From: Anaerolineae bacterium
GTDB lineage: Bacteria > Chloroflexota > Anaerolineae > B4-G1 > DUEL01
Direction of reading: 5' to 3'
DNA length: 41,554 nt
Assembly: GCA_041082215.1 (NCBI GenBank)
Contig: JBDOIF010000102.1
Coordinates: 1 to 41,554, forward strand
In this document: piece after piece, positions 18,904 to 27,663 of the stretch
Numbering within the stretch: position 1 is the stretch's first letter
How the letters are laid out: each line of letters begins with the position of its first letter
The notes under the pieces: generated by a model
What the model was told of the DNA's origin: nothing
Seen by the model: only the letters and a program-made list of their open reading frames with translations
Databases searched by the model: none
Translations under genes and position numbers: made by a program

Positions 18904-19409
18904 ATGCCCTTTTCCGGGTCCAGCCGCTCCAGGGCCCGCCGGGTGGAGGCGAAGGCCAGCGGGGGGAGTTGCGCCGGGGGAAAGAAGGCGGCCCGATCCG
19001 CGTCATCCCCTGGCTGCAACCGACCGCCCACCACCCGGCCCCGATAGACGATCAGGAAGGAAGCCCCGCCGGGCAGTTCCCTATCCGGTATCACGTCCAG
19101 AACCCCCATCAATTCCACATCCAGGCCGGTCTCCTCCCGACACTCCCGCACGGCTGTGGTGGCGGGGTCCTCATCATACTCGACAAAGCCAGCGGGAATG
19201 CTCCACAGCCCCTCCCTCAACCCCATCCCCCGCCGGATCAGCAGGACCTTCCCTTCCTGTTCCACCACCACGCCGGCGGCCACTTTGGGGTCGCGGAAGA
19301 CGATGCGGTCGCAGGCCGGGCAGTACCGCCGCACGCGCCCATAGGCCTCCCGGTCCTCCAGTTCCCCCCCGCACTGGGGGCAGTAGTTCAGCTCCAGGTA
19401 TTCAGACAT
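18900..19409 (-). CDS. NUDIX hydrolase with N-terminal zinc ribbon
   Basis: YCPQCG...YCPAC ribbon, Nudix box PAGFVEYDEDPATTAVRECREETGL; AAGGAGG RBS before MSEYL. Confidence 0.9.
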   Translation of the reverse strand: MSEYLELNYCPQCGGELEDREAYGRVRRYCPACDRIVFRDPKVAAGVVVEQEGKVLLIRRGMGLREGLWSIPAGFVEYDEDPATTAVRECREETGLDVELMGVLDVIPDRELPGGASFLIVYRGRVVGGRLQPGDDADRAAFFPPAQLPPLAFASTRRALERLDPEKGI

Positions 19410-19416
19410 AGCCTCC

Positions 19417-20250
19417 TTACCCCCTCCGCATGCGCCAGGCCAGCAAGCTGGAGATCGCCAGCCCCAGGGTGAGCAGGGAGAGGCCGCCCACCAGCGGCCA
19501 TGGGGCCGGTCGGCCACCCTGTGCTGGAGGGGGAGCAGTCGTTGCTTCTTTCTCCTCGGCCCCGGCGAAGAGCTGAGGGGTGGGAGTTACGCCCCGATCC
19601 ACCGGCTGCGTGAGGGAAAGGGTGGGCGTCCCGGTGGGTGTGGCCAGGGCCGCCCTCGGCGGGGGCGGGGCCTGGGCTGGCTGCGCCGTTCCCGTAAGGG
19701 CCGCTTCGGCCCCCAGGATGGGCGGTGTCCATTCGCCCGTTGGCTCCACCCACTGCCTTGCCGAAAGCTCCTCTACCGCTGCTTCTTCTTCGGCCGTCGC
19801 CGTCTGCTCCGCCGGAGGCCCGGCAAGGGCATAGACCTGTTCCTCTTCTGGCGTTGCCTCCATCGGCATTCCTGCGATCGGGACGGGAGGAGCAGAGGCG
19901 GGCAGGGCAGCCCCACCGCCGAGAAGGCTCCCCACCAGCACAACCATACACAGTAGCCCGCTGACGGCTGTGGCGAAGGTGAGGGCGGGGGCCAGCCACC
20001 GACGGGGAGCCCGGCGAGGCTCTGTCCGCCCAACCATGGAAGGGGTGAGCAGGAAGTTACGGGGAGCTCGAACCTGGGGCAGGCCCCGCACCAGTGCCAC
20101 CGTCTGCCGCAGCTCCTCCAGGCGTGCCCGCAGGTCGGCGTCGGCTTCCAGCCGGGCCTCGAGCCAGGCCCGCTCTCCTGGACCCAACTCATCGTCCAGA
20201 TAGGCGGAGAGCAGCTCATCTATTCGCGCTCGGCCCCTCTTCTCTCTCAT
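19417..20250 (-). CDS. Putative anti-sigma factor
   Basis: ELLSAYLDDEL N-terminal anti-sigma-like helix, PRNFLLT, TM helix, Pro/Ala-rich region, second C-terminal TM; 4-nt overlap with the ECF sigma gene. Confidence 0.8.
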   Translation of the reverse strand: MREKRGRARIDELLSAYLDDELGPGERAWLEARLEADADLRARLEELRQTVALVRGLPQVRAPRNFLLTPSMVGRTEPRRAPRRWLAPALTFATAVSGLLCMVVLVGSLLGGGAALPASAPPVPIAGMPMEATPEEEQVYALAGPPAEQTATAEEEAAVEELSARQWVEPTGEWTPPILGAEAALTGTAQPAQAPPPPRAALATPTGTPTLSLTQPVDRGVTPTPQLFAGAEEKEATTAPPPAQGGRPAPWPLVGGLSLLTLGLAISSLLAWRMRRG

Positions 20251-20849
20251 TGCGAATCCCTATCCTCAAGACGATAAGAGCGGGGCAGGAGTTCCGCCCG
20301 CGCCTGCAACAGGTCCCTCAGCCTGCCCCGCGCCCGCGCCAGGCGTGATTTCACCGTCCCCACGGGCACGCCGACGGTCCGGGCGATCTCAGTGTAGTCC
20401 ATCCCTTCCACGTCGGAGAGGACCAGCACCATGCGCTGATCGGCGGGCAGGGAGGCGATGGCCCCCTGGAGGAAACGGGCCAGTTCCGCCCGCTCGACGC
20501 TCTCCTCAGGGGATTCTCCGCCGTTGACGAGGGCCGGGTTGGCCTCTTCGTCCACTTCCCCAAACTCCTCCCAGGAGGTAGTGGGACGCCGTTTCTGACG
20601 ACGAAGCTCGTCGTAGCAGCGGTTGGCCACGATCCGCAACAGCCAGGAGCAGAACGACCCTCCCCGGAAGGTGCCGATCTTCTGATAAGCGGTGATGAGG
20701 GCTTCCTGTGTGGTGTCCGAGGCCGCGGCCGGATCGCCCAGGATGCGGTAGGCAAGGTTGTAGACCCGGTGCTGGTAGGTCAGCACCAGCTCGTTGAAGG
20801 CATCCAGGTTGCCGCGCTGGGCTGCACGGATCAGAGCCGCCTCATCCAT
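20247..20849 (-). CDS. ECF (sigma-70 group 4) RNA polymerase sigma factor
   Basis: Region 2 (AFNELV...DTTQEALI...SWLLRIVANRCYD) and region 4 (EGMDYTEIA...VPVGTVKSRLARAR). Confidence 0.93.
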   Translation of the reverse strand: MDEAALIRAAQRGNLDAFNELVLTYQHRVYNLAYRILGDPAAASDTTQEALITAYQKIGTFRGGSFCSWLLRIVANRCYDELRRQKRRPTTSWEEFGEVDEEANPALVNGGESPEESVERAELARFLQGAIASLPADQRMVLVLSDVEGMDYTEIARTVGVPVGTVKSRLARARGRLRDLLQARAELLPRSYRLEDRDSQ

Positions 20850-20957
20850 CGGGACCCCTCTGTTTTTCTCACCACGGAGGCCCAGAGAACACGGGTTCTT
20901 CCAAAATTATCCCTCTTTTTCTCAAAAAGTGAAGTGTCTGCCGGATCGCAGGGGGCT

Positions 20958-22073
20958 TCAATCCAGCCGGCGGCTTACGCCCTGCACCGATAGGCTCAGG
21001 ATGGCGATCCCCAGCCCGCCGAGGGCTAGGGCATGAGGCCAAAGGTCAGTCAGGGCGGCCCCCTTCAGCATGACCGCCCGGATGATCACCAGATAGTGAT
21101 ACATCGGCACAGCCCGCGCGATCAATTGCAGCAGCCGGGGCAGGTTTTCCACCGGCACCAGGTAGCCGGAAAAAGTGATGTCCACAATCGCCAGGATGAA
21201 GACAAAAAGGATCGCCTGCTGCTGATTGCGGGCAATGGCGGAGATGATCACCCCCCACCCGATCTCGGCGATGATGAACAGGGAGGTGAGGCCTAAAAGC
21301 AGCAGGAAAGAGCCGCGCAGCGGCAGGTGGAAGAAGTGGATGGCGATTGCAAAAATGGACAGGAAGTTCAGCTCGCCAATGATAAAGGCAGGGACCGCCT
21401 TACCCAGTACCAGCTCCAGGCGGCTGAGGGGGCTGACGATCAACTGCTCCAGCGTGCCCAGCTCCCGCTCCCGCGCCAGACCGAGGGAGGCGATCACGAG
21501 GGTGATCTGAAAGGTGATGAACCCCACCTGGGCGGGGATGGCGAAGTGACGGATGTTATATGTGGGGTTGTAAAGGGTCTCCACACGCAGGTCCACCAGC
21601 AGGGTAGCTGAGACCCCCAGAGCCTCCAACCGCTCCTGCCCGTATTCGGCGAACACCGCGCTGGCGGCGCTCAGGGCGATGGACCCCGCCACACTGTTCG
21701 ACCCGTCCACCACCACCCTTACCCGGGCCGTACGGAGGGGGTCGGCCAGGTCGCGGGCAAAGCCCTGCGGCATGATCACCCCCACCCGCACCTCCCCCCG
21801 GTCCAGCAGGTCCCGCAGGTGGTCCTCATCCTCCGCAAAGCACCAGACCGACAGCTCCTCCCTGTTCTCCAGCTCGGCGATCAACTGGCGGCTGACGGAA
21901 GAGCGGTCCAGGTCCAGCACCGCTACCCGCAGGTCGCCGATCCGTCGGCCGGTGGCCTGGGCCAGAAGGAGCAACTGGACGATCGGGACCAGGAAGATGA
22001 GCGTGGTCATCAGCCGGTCGCGGGCGAGCTGGGTGATCTCCTTGCGTACCAGGTTCAGGATGCGCAGGATCAT
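20958..22073 (-). CDS. ABC-2 type transporter permease (YbhR-like)
   Basis: RKEITQLARD, extracytoplasmic domain, ARERELGTLEQLIVSP, six-TM layout. Confidence 0.9.
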   Translation of the reverse strand: MILRILNLVRKEITQLARDRLMTTLIFLVPIVQLLLLAQATGRRIGDLRVAVLDLDRSSVSRQLIAELENREELSVWCFAEDEDHLRDLLDRGEVRVGVIMPQGFARDLADPLRTARVRVVVDGSNSVAGSIALSAASAVFAEYGQERLEALGVSATLLVDLRVETLYNPTYNIRHFAIPAQVGFITFQITLVIASLGLARERELGTLEQLIVSPLSRLELVLGKAVPAFIIGELNFLSIFAIAIHFFHLPLRGSFLLLLGLTSLFIIAEIGWGVIISAIARNQQQAILFVFILAIVDITFSGYLVPVENLPRLLQLIARAVPMYHYLVIIRAVMLKGAALTDLWPHALALGGLGIAILSLSVQGVSRRLD

Positions 22074-22076
22074 AGG

Positions 22077-23189
22077 CTACCCCAACCGCTTTCGGAACAG
22101 CAGGAGGCCGGAGGCAAAGCCCAGTCCCCCCATCCCAAGAAGGACGGCGGCCGGGAGCAGCAGCGCCTCCCCTCCCAACCCCTTGAGAAACAGCCCCCGA
22201 CTGACAGCGATGAAGTGGGTGGTCGGAAGGCTGTAGGCGACGATCCTTGACCCCAGGCTGCTGGTATCCACCGGCGTGATCAGCCCGGCGACGAAGAAGC
22301 TGGGGATGAAGAAGATCATCAACACCAGCAGCATTGCTGTCTGCTGAGTGCGTGTGAAATTGGCGATCAGCAGGCTGAACCCCATCGAGGCCAGCAGGTA
22401 ATCGGCTCCCAGGAGGAGGTAAAGGAGCGGACTGCCCCGGAAGGGTACCCGGAAGTAAAGGACGGCGATCAGCCAGACGAGGAGGACGCTGACCAGGCCG
22501 CTGGAGAGGTAGGCAAACAGTTTCCCCGCCAGGTACTCCGTGCCGCGGACAGGGGTGACGATCAGACTCTCGAAGGAGCCAACCTCTTTTTCCCGCGTGA
22601 AAGCCAGGGCCAGGGCCAGGGCGGGCATGGAGAGGACGATGGGGATCAGCCCCGGCACCATGCTGATCAGAGACTTGAGGGCCGGATTGTACCAGGCCTC
22701 GCCCCGGACCTCCAGGCCGCCCACCACAAGGGTCGGAGAGGCCCGGAACGGCGCGGCAAAGGCGACGGTCCGCTGCTGGAGGGAGAAGAAGGTCTGGCTG
22801 GCTGCAATGGGATCGGAGCCATCCAGCACTACCTGCACCTGAACCTGGCGGCCGGCCTGCAGGCCGGCCTCGAACCCCTGGGGGATCACCAGCCCTCCAT
22901 CCACCTCCCCTGCCAGAAGAAGGCGGTCCAGCTCTGTGTAGGAAGTAGCAGGGGCACGGACCCGGAAATCGCCGTCGGCGGTCAGCACCGCCACGTACCG
23001 GCGGGAAAGGGGGCTGCCATCCAGGTCCCACACCGCCAGGTCTGCCTGCTGGACATCCAGAACGAAAATGTAGGAAAGGGTGAGGAGGAGGAAAGCGGGA
23101 GAGACGGTGACCAGGAAGAAGGTCCTCAGGTCCCGCAGGATATGGCGAATTTCCTTACGCGCTATGGCGAGGGTACGGTGGATAGACAT
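22077..23189 (-). CDS. ABC-2 type transporter permease (YbhS-like)
   Basis: ARKEIRHILRD, WYNPAL, TREKEVGSFESLIVTP, six-TM layout. Confidence 0.9.
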   Translation of the reverse strand: MSIHRTLAIARKEIRHILRDLRTFFLVTVSPAFLLLTLSYIFVLDVQQADLAVWDLDGSPLSRRYVAVLTADGDFRVRAPATSYTELDRLLLAGEVDGGLVIPQGFEAGLQAGRQVQVQVVLDGSDPIAASQTFFSLQQRTVAFAAPFRASPTLVVGGLEVRGEAWYNPALKSLISMVPGLIPIVLSMPALALALAFTREKEVGSFESLIVTPVRGTEYLAGKLFAYLSSGLVSVLLVWLIAVLYFRVPFRGSPLLYLLLGADYLLASMGFSLLIANFTRTQQTAMLLVLMIFFIPSFFVAGLITPVDTSSLGSRIVAYSLPTTHFIAVSRGLFLKGLGGEALLLPAAVLLGMGGLGFASGLLLFRKRLG

Positions 23190-23258
23190 GGTTTAGCCAC
23201 GGGTTATGGGGCACAATGAGAGGGCGCAGCGGACTGCGCCCCCGTCCTTGTGGTGGCC

Positions 23259-24581
23259 CTACAGGGGCTGGCCCGTTTCGTCATATCCGCGCCCCATCCC
23301 CCGGTACACAAATCCCAGCTCCCGCATCCTTCGGGGATCGTAGACGTTCCGTCCGTCAATCAGCACCGGCCGCTTCATCAGGTCCCGGATGCGGGCCATA
23401 TCCAGTTGCTTAAACTCATTCCATTCTGTCACCAGGATCAGGGCGTCGGCCCCTTTGGCCACTTCGTAGGGGTCCTTACAGAAGATGACGTTCTCCAGCA
23501 ACCCTCTGGCGTTGTCCATTGCCACCGGGTCATAGGCCCGGACCTCAGCTCCCTCGTACTGGAGCAGCCGGATAATCTCGATGGAGGGAGCGTCCCGCAT
23601 ATCGTCGGTGTTGGGTTTGAAGGAGAGGCCCAGGATGCCCACCGTCTTGCCGCGGAAGCCGCCCAGGATATGGCGCAGTTTGGTGACGGCCCGCTTCCGC
23701 TGGTCGTAGTTGATCTCCATCACCGCTCGCAGGAGGCTGGGGTTGGTGCCGTGGGTCACGGCCATATGCACCAGGGCTTTGACGTCTTTGGGGAAGCAGG
23801 AGCCGCCCCAGCCAACGCCTGCACCCAGGAAGTGAGGGCCGATGCGGCGGTCGGTCCCCATCCCCCGGGCCACCTCCAGCACATCCGCCCCCAGCGCCTC
23901 GCAGATGTTGGCGATTTCGTTGATGAAGGAGATCTTGGTGGCAAGGAAGGCGTTGGATGCGTACTTGATCATCTCCGCTGTGCGCAGGTCGGTGATGATG
24001 GTCTCCGCCTGAAGGGGGTAGTAAAGCTCTGCCACCCGCTCCGCCGCCTCCCGGCTGGTAGAGCCCAGGACGATGCGGTCCGGGTTCATAAAATCGTAGA
24101 CGGCAGAGCCTTCTCGCAGGAACTCCGGGTTAGAGACGACCCAGAAGGGGATGGAGGGGTCCGGCATGTTTTCACGGACGATGTCGGCCACCCAGTCGCC
24201 AGTGCCGATGGGGACGGTGGATTTGTTGATGAGAGTGACCGGCTGGTGGATGCGGCGGGCCACCTCGACGACCGCCGCCTCGACATGGGCCAGGTCCGCC
24301 TCGCCGCCAGCCCCCGAGGGGGTGCCGACGGCGATGAAGACGAAGCGGGCCTCCTTCATCGCCTCATCATAGGAAGTGGTGAAGTCCAGACGGCCTGCGG
24401 CCAGGTTTCGCCGGACGATCTCTTCCAAACCCGGCTCGTAGATGGGGAGGACGCCCTTTTTGAGATTATCCGATTTTTCCTTATTCCGATTCAGGCAAAC
24501 CACCCGGTTGCCCAGGTCGGCCAGACAGGCTCCGGTGACCAGGCCCACATAGCCAACGCCGATGACGCAGATTTCGCCCAT
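23259..24581 (-). CDS. ugd: UDP-glucose/GDP-mannose dehydrogenase family (UDP-glucose 6-dehydrogenase)
   Basis: GVGYVG Rossmann fold, [57 protein letters not shown] before MGEIC. Confidence 0.95.
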   Translation of the reverse strand: MGEICVIGVGYVGLVTGACLADLGNRVVCLNRNKEKSDNLKKGVLPIYEPGLEEIVRRNLAAGRLDFTTSYDEAMKEARFVFIAVGTPSGAGGEADLAHVEAAVVEVARRIHQPVTLINKSTVPIGTGDWVADIVRENMPDPSIPFWVVSNPEFLREGSAVYDFMNPDRIVLGSTSREAAERVAELYYPLQAETIITDLRTAEMIKYASNAFLATKISFINEIANICEALGADVLEVARGMGTDRRIGPHFLGAGVGWGGSCFPKDVKALVHMAVTHGTNPSLLRAVMEINYDQRKRAVTKLRHILGGFRGKTVGILGLSFKPNTDDMRDAPSIEIIRLLQYEGAEVRAYDPVAMDNARGLLENVIFCKDPYEVAKGADALILVTEWNEFKQLDMARIRDLMKRPVLIDGRNVYDPRRMRELGFVYRGMGRGYDETGQPL

Positions 24582-24593
24582 TTTGACCTCCTT

Positions 24594-24649
24594 GGTGCTG
24601 GTTGCTGGAAGCTGGTTGCTGGAAGCTGGTCGCTCGTTGCTGGTTACTG
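24594..24649. repeat. Heptamer tandem repeat (G(T/A)(T/A)GCTG)x8 directly upstream of the ugd RBS
   Basis: ggtgctg gttgctg gaagctg gttgctg gaagctg gtcgctc gttgctg gttactg. Confidence 0.8.
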
Positions 24650-24748
24650 GGAAGGGGAGGGGGACGGCTGGGGATGGACCCGGGTCGCCCCCAGCCCCAA
24701 TTATCGGCAGGGGAGGAAATGGCGACAGGGACGCAAGCGCCCGTGCCT

Positions 24749-24967
24749 TTATGCTCCAGGCTGGCTCAACCCGACGATGCCGCGGATGGCCGTCAGCACA
24801 CCCAGGGTGACCCTGAGGACATCTCCCGGCTGAACGGGAGGAAGCCGCTCCTTCCCGCTCTCGTCCACCTGTATGGGGGCGGTGCGCAGGTAGAGGTAGG
24901 CCACGCCAACCCCCAGAAGCGCGCCGATGAGGCCACCGAACATCAGTACCTTCGTCCGCAGGTTCAC
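24749..24967 (-). CDS. Small hypothetical membrane protein
   Basis: GTG start after [26 protein letters not shown]; amphipathic C-terminus. Confidence 0.65.
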   Translation of the reverse strand: MNLRTKVLMFGGLIGALLGVGVAYLYLRTAPIQVDESGKERLPPVQPGDVLRVTLGVLTAIRGIVGLSQPGA

Positions 24968-25042
24968 TCCTTCCTCCTTGAGTTTCGAATTCGGAGTCCG
25001 CCGTGGAAAAGCGAATTTTCTGCTCAGGCCCACAGCAGCTTT

Positions 25043-25321
25043 CTACGACGGCTCCTGCCTCCGGATCACTCCGGCGAGGGCAGCCCGGGCGGAGCCGATG
25101 GCAAGGATGGGAGCGACAGCGGCCCGGCAGAGCCGCTCCACGATCCCCTGGCCCAGGGTCAGGTACCTCCAGACCACGCCGAACCAGCGGGGAAGGGTAT
25201 GCCACCAGCGGGCGCGGATGAGGCCGTAGTTGAGCAGCGCCAGCACCGCCACCGCCACCAGGGTGAGGATAGCCCCCTCCAGGGCCAGAAGGATCAGAGC
25301 GATATCTCGCAGGACTGCCAT
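25043..25321 (-). CDS. Small hypothetical membrane protein
   Basis: 92 aa, N-terminal [14 protein letters not shown]..., preceded by a sigma70-like promoter. Confidence 0.65.
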   Translation of the reverse strand: MAVLRDIALILLALEGAILTLVAVAVLALLNYGLIRARWWHTLPRWFGVVWRYLTLGQGIVERLCRAAVAPILAIGSARAALAGVIRRQEPS

Positions 25322-25351
25322 ATATCACCACCCTATCCTGAACCGGTTAAC

Positions 25352-25380
25352 AGTATAGCACGAGGAGGGATGCTGGGCAA
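25352..25380 (-). promoter_or_regulatory. Sigma70-type promoter for the small ORFs/ugd unit
   Basis: Minus strand TTGCCC (25380-25375), 17 nt, TATACT (25357-25352). Confidence 0.55.
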
Positions 25381-25391
25381 GCCAGGTAGCC

Positions 25392-25566
25392 CCAAGTTTG
25401 GGGGCGAGATGTCCCTGGCCCGGGCCGGACCTTGGGAAACACGAATGACGCGAATGGAAACGAATACCGCGAATGGAGCAGGTATCCCTCCTGTTCGCTG
25501 TATTCGGGCCATTCGTGGGATTCGCGATCCACCGGCGAGCGAGAGGGCCACTCGTCCCGAAATTGA
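25392..25566. repeat. Composite palindromic element: weak outer inverted repeats around a mirrored CACGAAT/ATTCGTG nonamer array
   Basis: cacgaatga cgcgaatgg aaacgaata ccgcgaatg ... attcgggcc attcgtggg attcgcga; outer ends CAAGTTTGGGGGCGAG / CTCGTCCCGAAATTG. Confidence 0.65.
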
Positions 25567-25617
25567 AATACGCCCGTAGCCCTGGTGGGTCGAATGCCTG
25601 CCCACAGGGCTTTCCCC

Positions 25618-25645
25618 TTGCCTTCCCCCCGCTTTCTGCTACAAT
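25618..25645 (+). promoter_or_regulatory. Sigma70-type promoter for the glycoside hydrolase
   Basis: TTGCCT, 16 nt, TACAAT with extended -10 TG. Confidence 0.55.
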
Positions 25646-25686
25646 AATCCCTGCCGGTCCAATACCTGAATCCTGCTGAAACCCGG

Positions 25687-27342
25687 ATGAAGAGACGATC
25701 CCTGCTCCTGTTGCCGCTGATCTTACCCCTTCTTATTCTCAGGCCCCTCCCTGCCCTCTCCGGCAGCCCCGACTACCGTTTTGGGGTGGTCGAGGCTTTC
25801 GAAGCGCCATGGGCGGCCTCCGAGCTGGGAGCTGGATGGACCCGCGTCACCTTCCGCTGGAACGAGGTCCAGCCGGACGGCTCCGATCAATGGAACCTCC
25901 CCATCACCGATGCACAACTGGCCCTGGAGCTGGCCCAGGGCCGGCAGGTGGTGGGGCTGGTGGTCAATACCCCCGGCTGGGCCACCGACACAGGTCGGGG
26001 CGTCGGCGTCCCCAGGGGCCTGTACCTGGGCCATAACGACCCCGAGAACCTGTGGGCCGCCTTTCTCCGCGCACTGGTCGCCCGCTACGCTGGCCGGATT
26101 GACCACTGGATCATCTGGAACGAGCCGGATATATGGGATACCTACCATCAGAGCTGGGGGGGATCGGTGGAGGATTTCGCCCAGCTCCTCCGGGTCTCCT
26201 ACGGCGCGGTCAAAGAGACCAATCCCAACGCCGTGGTCCATCTGGCCGCCGTCACCCACTGGTGGGACGTGAATTACGGCCGGGAGCTGTTCTTCCGCCG
26301 CCTCCTCCAGGTCCTGGCAGCCGACCCGAACGCCGCTCCCCACAATTACTACTTCGACGTCGCCACTCTTCACATCTACTTTCAGCCAGAAAACCTCTAT
26401 GATCTGACCGTCTTCTACCGCAATTTGATGCGGGAGTATGGGCTGGAGAAGCCGATCTGGATTGTCGAGACCAACGCTGCCCCCTCGGAGGACCCCGCCC
26501 GGCCGGTTCCCGATGCCCGGTTCAAGGTGAGCCTGGAGGACCAGGCTGCCTTTATCATCCAGGCGATGGCGCTGGGAATCGCAGGGGGAGCGGAGCGGAT
26601 CGCCGTCTACAAGATGGCGGATACGGAGCGGGACCTGGCGGCCAATCCGGAGCCTTTCGGGCTGGTGCGGGCCGACGGCACCCGTCGCCCCGCCTTCACT
26701 GCCTACAGGGTGGCTGCCACTTACCTGGCCGGCTTTCGCGGAGGGCGCTGGGAGCGGCGGGACGAGGCCAGCGTGGTGGTGGTGGACCGGGGCGGCCAGG
26801 TAACTACCGTCGCCTGGTCCCGCACCCCCTCGTCTCAGGTGATCTATCTGCCTGCCCGGACCCTGCGGGCTCTGCTGGTGGACATGTGGGGGCATGCGCG
26901 CGTCGTCTATCCGAACCGGGGGTACTATACCTTAAACCTGCCTGGCTGTGACTATGAGGGGTCCTGTTTGATCGGCGGCGCGCCGTTGATGCTGGTGGAG
27001 GAGAACAACGAGGCGTCCGGCCCTCCACCTGCCCCTTCTCCCACCCTGCCGGCAGTGGAGCCTCCGTCCCTGCCCAGTCCCACTCCTGCCCCTACTTATA
27101 CTCCTACCCCCACCCCAACGCCGACCGCCACACCGACGCCTGTCCCCTCTCCCACTCCCCCCCCTCCTCCTACACCCACCCCTACTCCCGCCCCTCCAAC
27201 CCCAACCGCCACCCCCCTCCCTGCCTTCAACCCTGTCCTCCCCACTTCCCTCTCCCCCGTCCCTTCTCTCGGCCTTCTGGTGGGGGGGATGGTGCTGATG
27301 GGGATCGCTATCGTGGGTCAGCGGAATGGCCGGAGGAGATGA
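25687..27342 (+). CDS. Secreted, membrane-anchored clan GH-A glycoside hydrolase (GH5/GH39-like) with Pro/Thr linker
   Basis: Signal peptide, WIIWNEPD acid/base, KPIWIVETN nucleophile, long PT repeats, C-terminal TM plus basic tail. Confidence 0.8.
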   Translation: MKRRSLLLLPLILPLLILRPLPALSGSPDYRFGVVEAFEAPWAASELGAGWTRVTFRWNEVQPDGSDQWNLPITDAQLALELAQGRQVVGLVVNTPGWATDTGRGVGVPRGLYLGHNDPENLWAAFLRALVARYAGRIDHWIIWNEPDIWDTYHQSWGGSVEDFAQLLRVSYGAVKETNPNAVVHLAAVTHWWDVNYGRELFFRRLLQVLAADPNAAPHNYYFDVATLHIYFQPENLYDLTVFYRNLMREYGLEKPIWIVETNAAPSEDPARPVPDARFKVSLEDQAAFIIQAMALGIAGGAERIAVYKMADTERDLAANPEPFGLVRADGTRRPAFTAYRVAATYLAGFRGGRWERRDEASVVVVDRGGQVTTVAWSRTPSSQVIYLPARTLRALLVDMWGHARVVYPNRGYYTLNLPGCDYEGSCLIGGAPLMLVEENNEASGPPPAPSPTLPAVEPPSLPSPTPAPTYTPTPTPTPTATPTPVPSPTPPPPPTPTPTPAPPTPTATPLPAFNPVLPTSLSPVPSLGLLVGGMVLMGIAIVGQRNGRRR

Positions 27343-27372
27343 AGCAGGGTTGGGCCATCGGACGGTTTGATA

Positions 27373-27581
27373 GGTTACGAATCCCACGAATTAGGGCGAA
27401 TGACGCAAATGGAGCGAAACAGGGTAACGGTCTACCCACGCAGTGCAAGCCGCCAGGCCTGCTTCACGCAGGCGGACGGCCTGCGCTCCGTAAGGTCAGA
27501 ATTGTCCGGAAGCATTCGTGAGATTCGGCCTGTTCGTGTCATTCGTGATGAAGCTCCTAGACTTCGGCAAAAGTGTCAGGT
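27373..27581. repeat. Nested palindromic element: nonamer left arm, inner GCCTGC..GCAGGC hairpin, right arm equal to dispersed repeat copy B
   Basis: Left arm ACGAATCCCACGAATTAGGGCGAATGACGC resembles 834-868; 27496-27581 is 69/86 identical to the reverse complement of 6925-7010. Confidence 0.75.
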
Positions 27582-27663
27582 AGCCGGAAGCAGGGTTATT
27601 GGCTGGAACTCTGCGTCCTCTGTGCCCTGCGGATAGGGTATCCGAGATTTTAAGGAGAGAAGG

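Noticed and set aside
24582..25331. 250-aa N-terminal extension of Ugd in the ORF track
   Set aside because: It runs through two other small genes and a heptamer repeat; a strong RBS precedes MGEIC at 24581
27020..27270. C-rich low-complexity repeat
   Set aside because: Explained by the Pro/Thr linker of the glycoside hydrolase
27605..27632. Second ECF promoter (GGAACT) upstream of the M32 gene
   Set aside because: No CGT-type -10 at the right spacing; the sequence is part of a nonamer repeat
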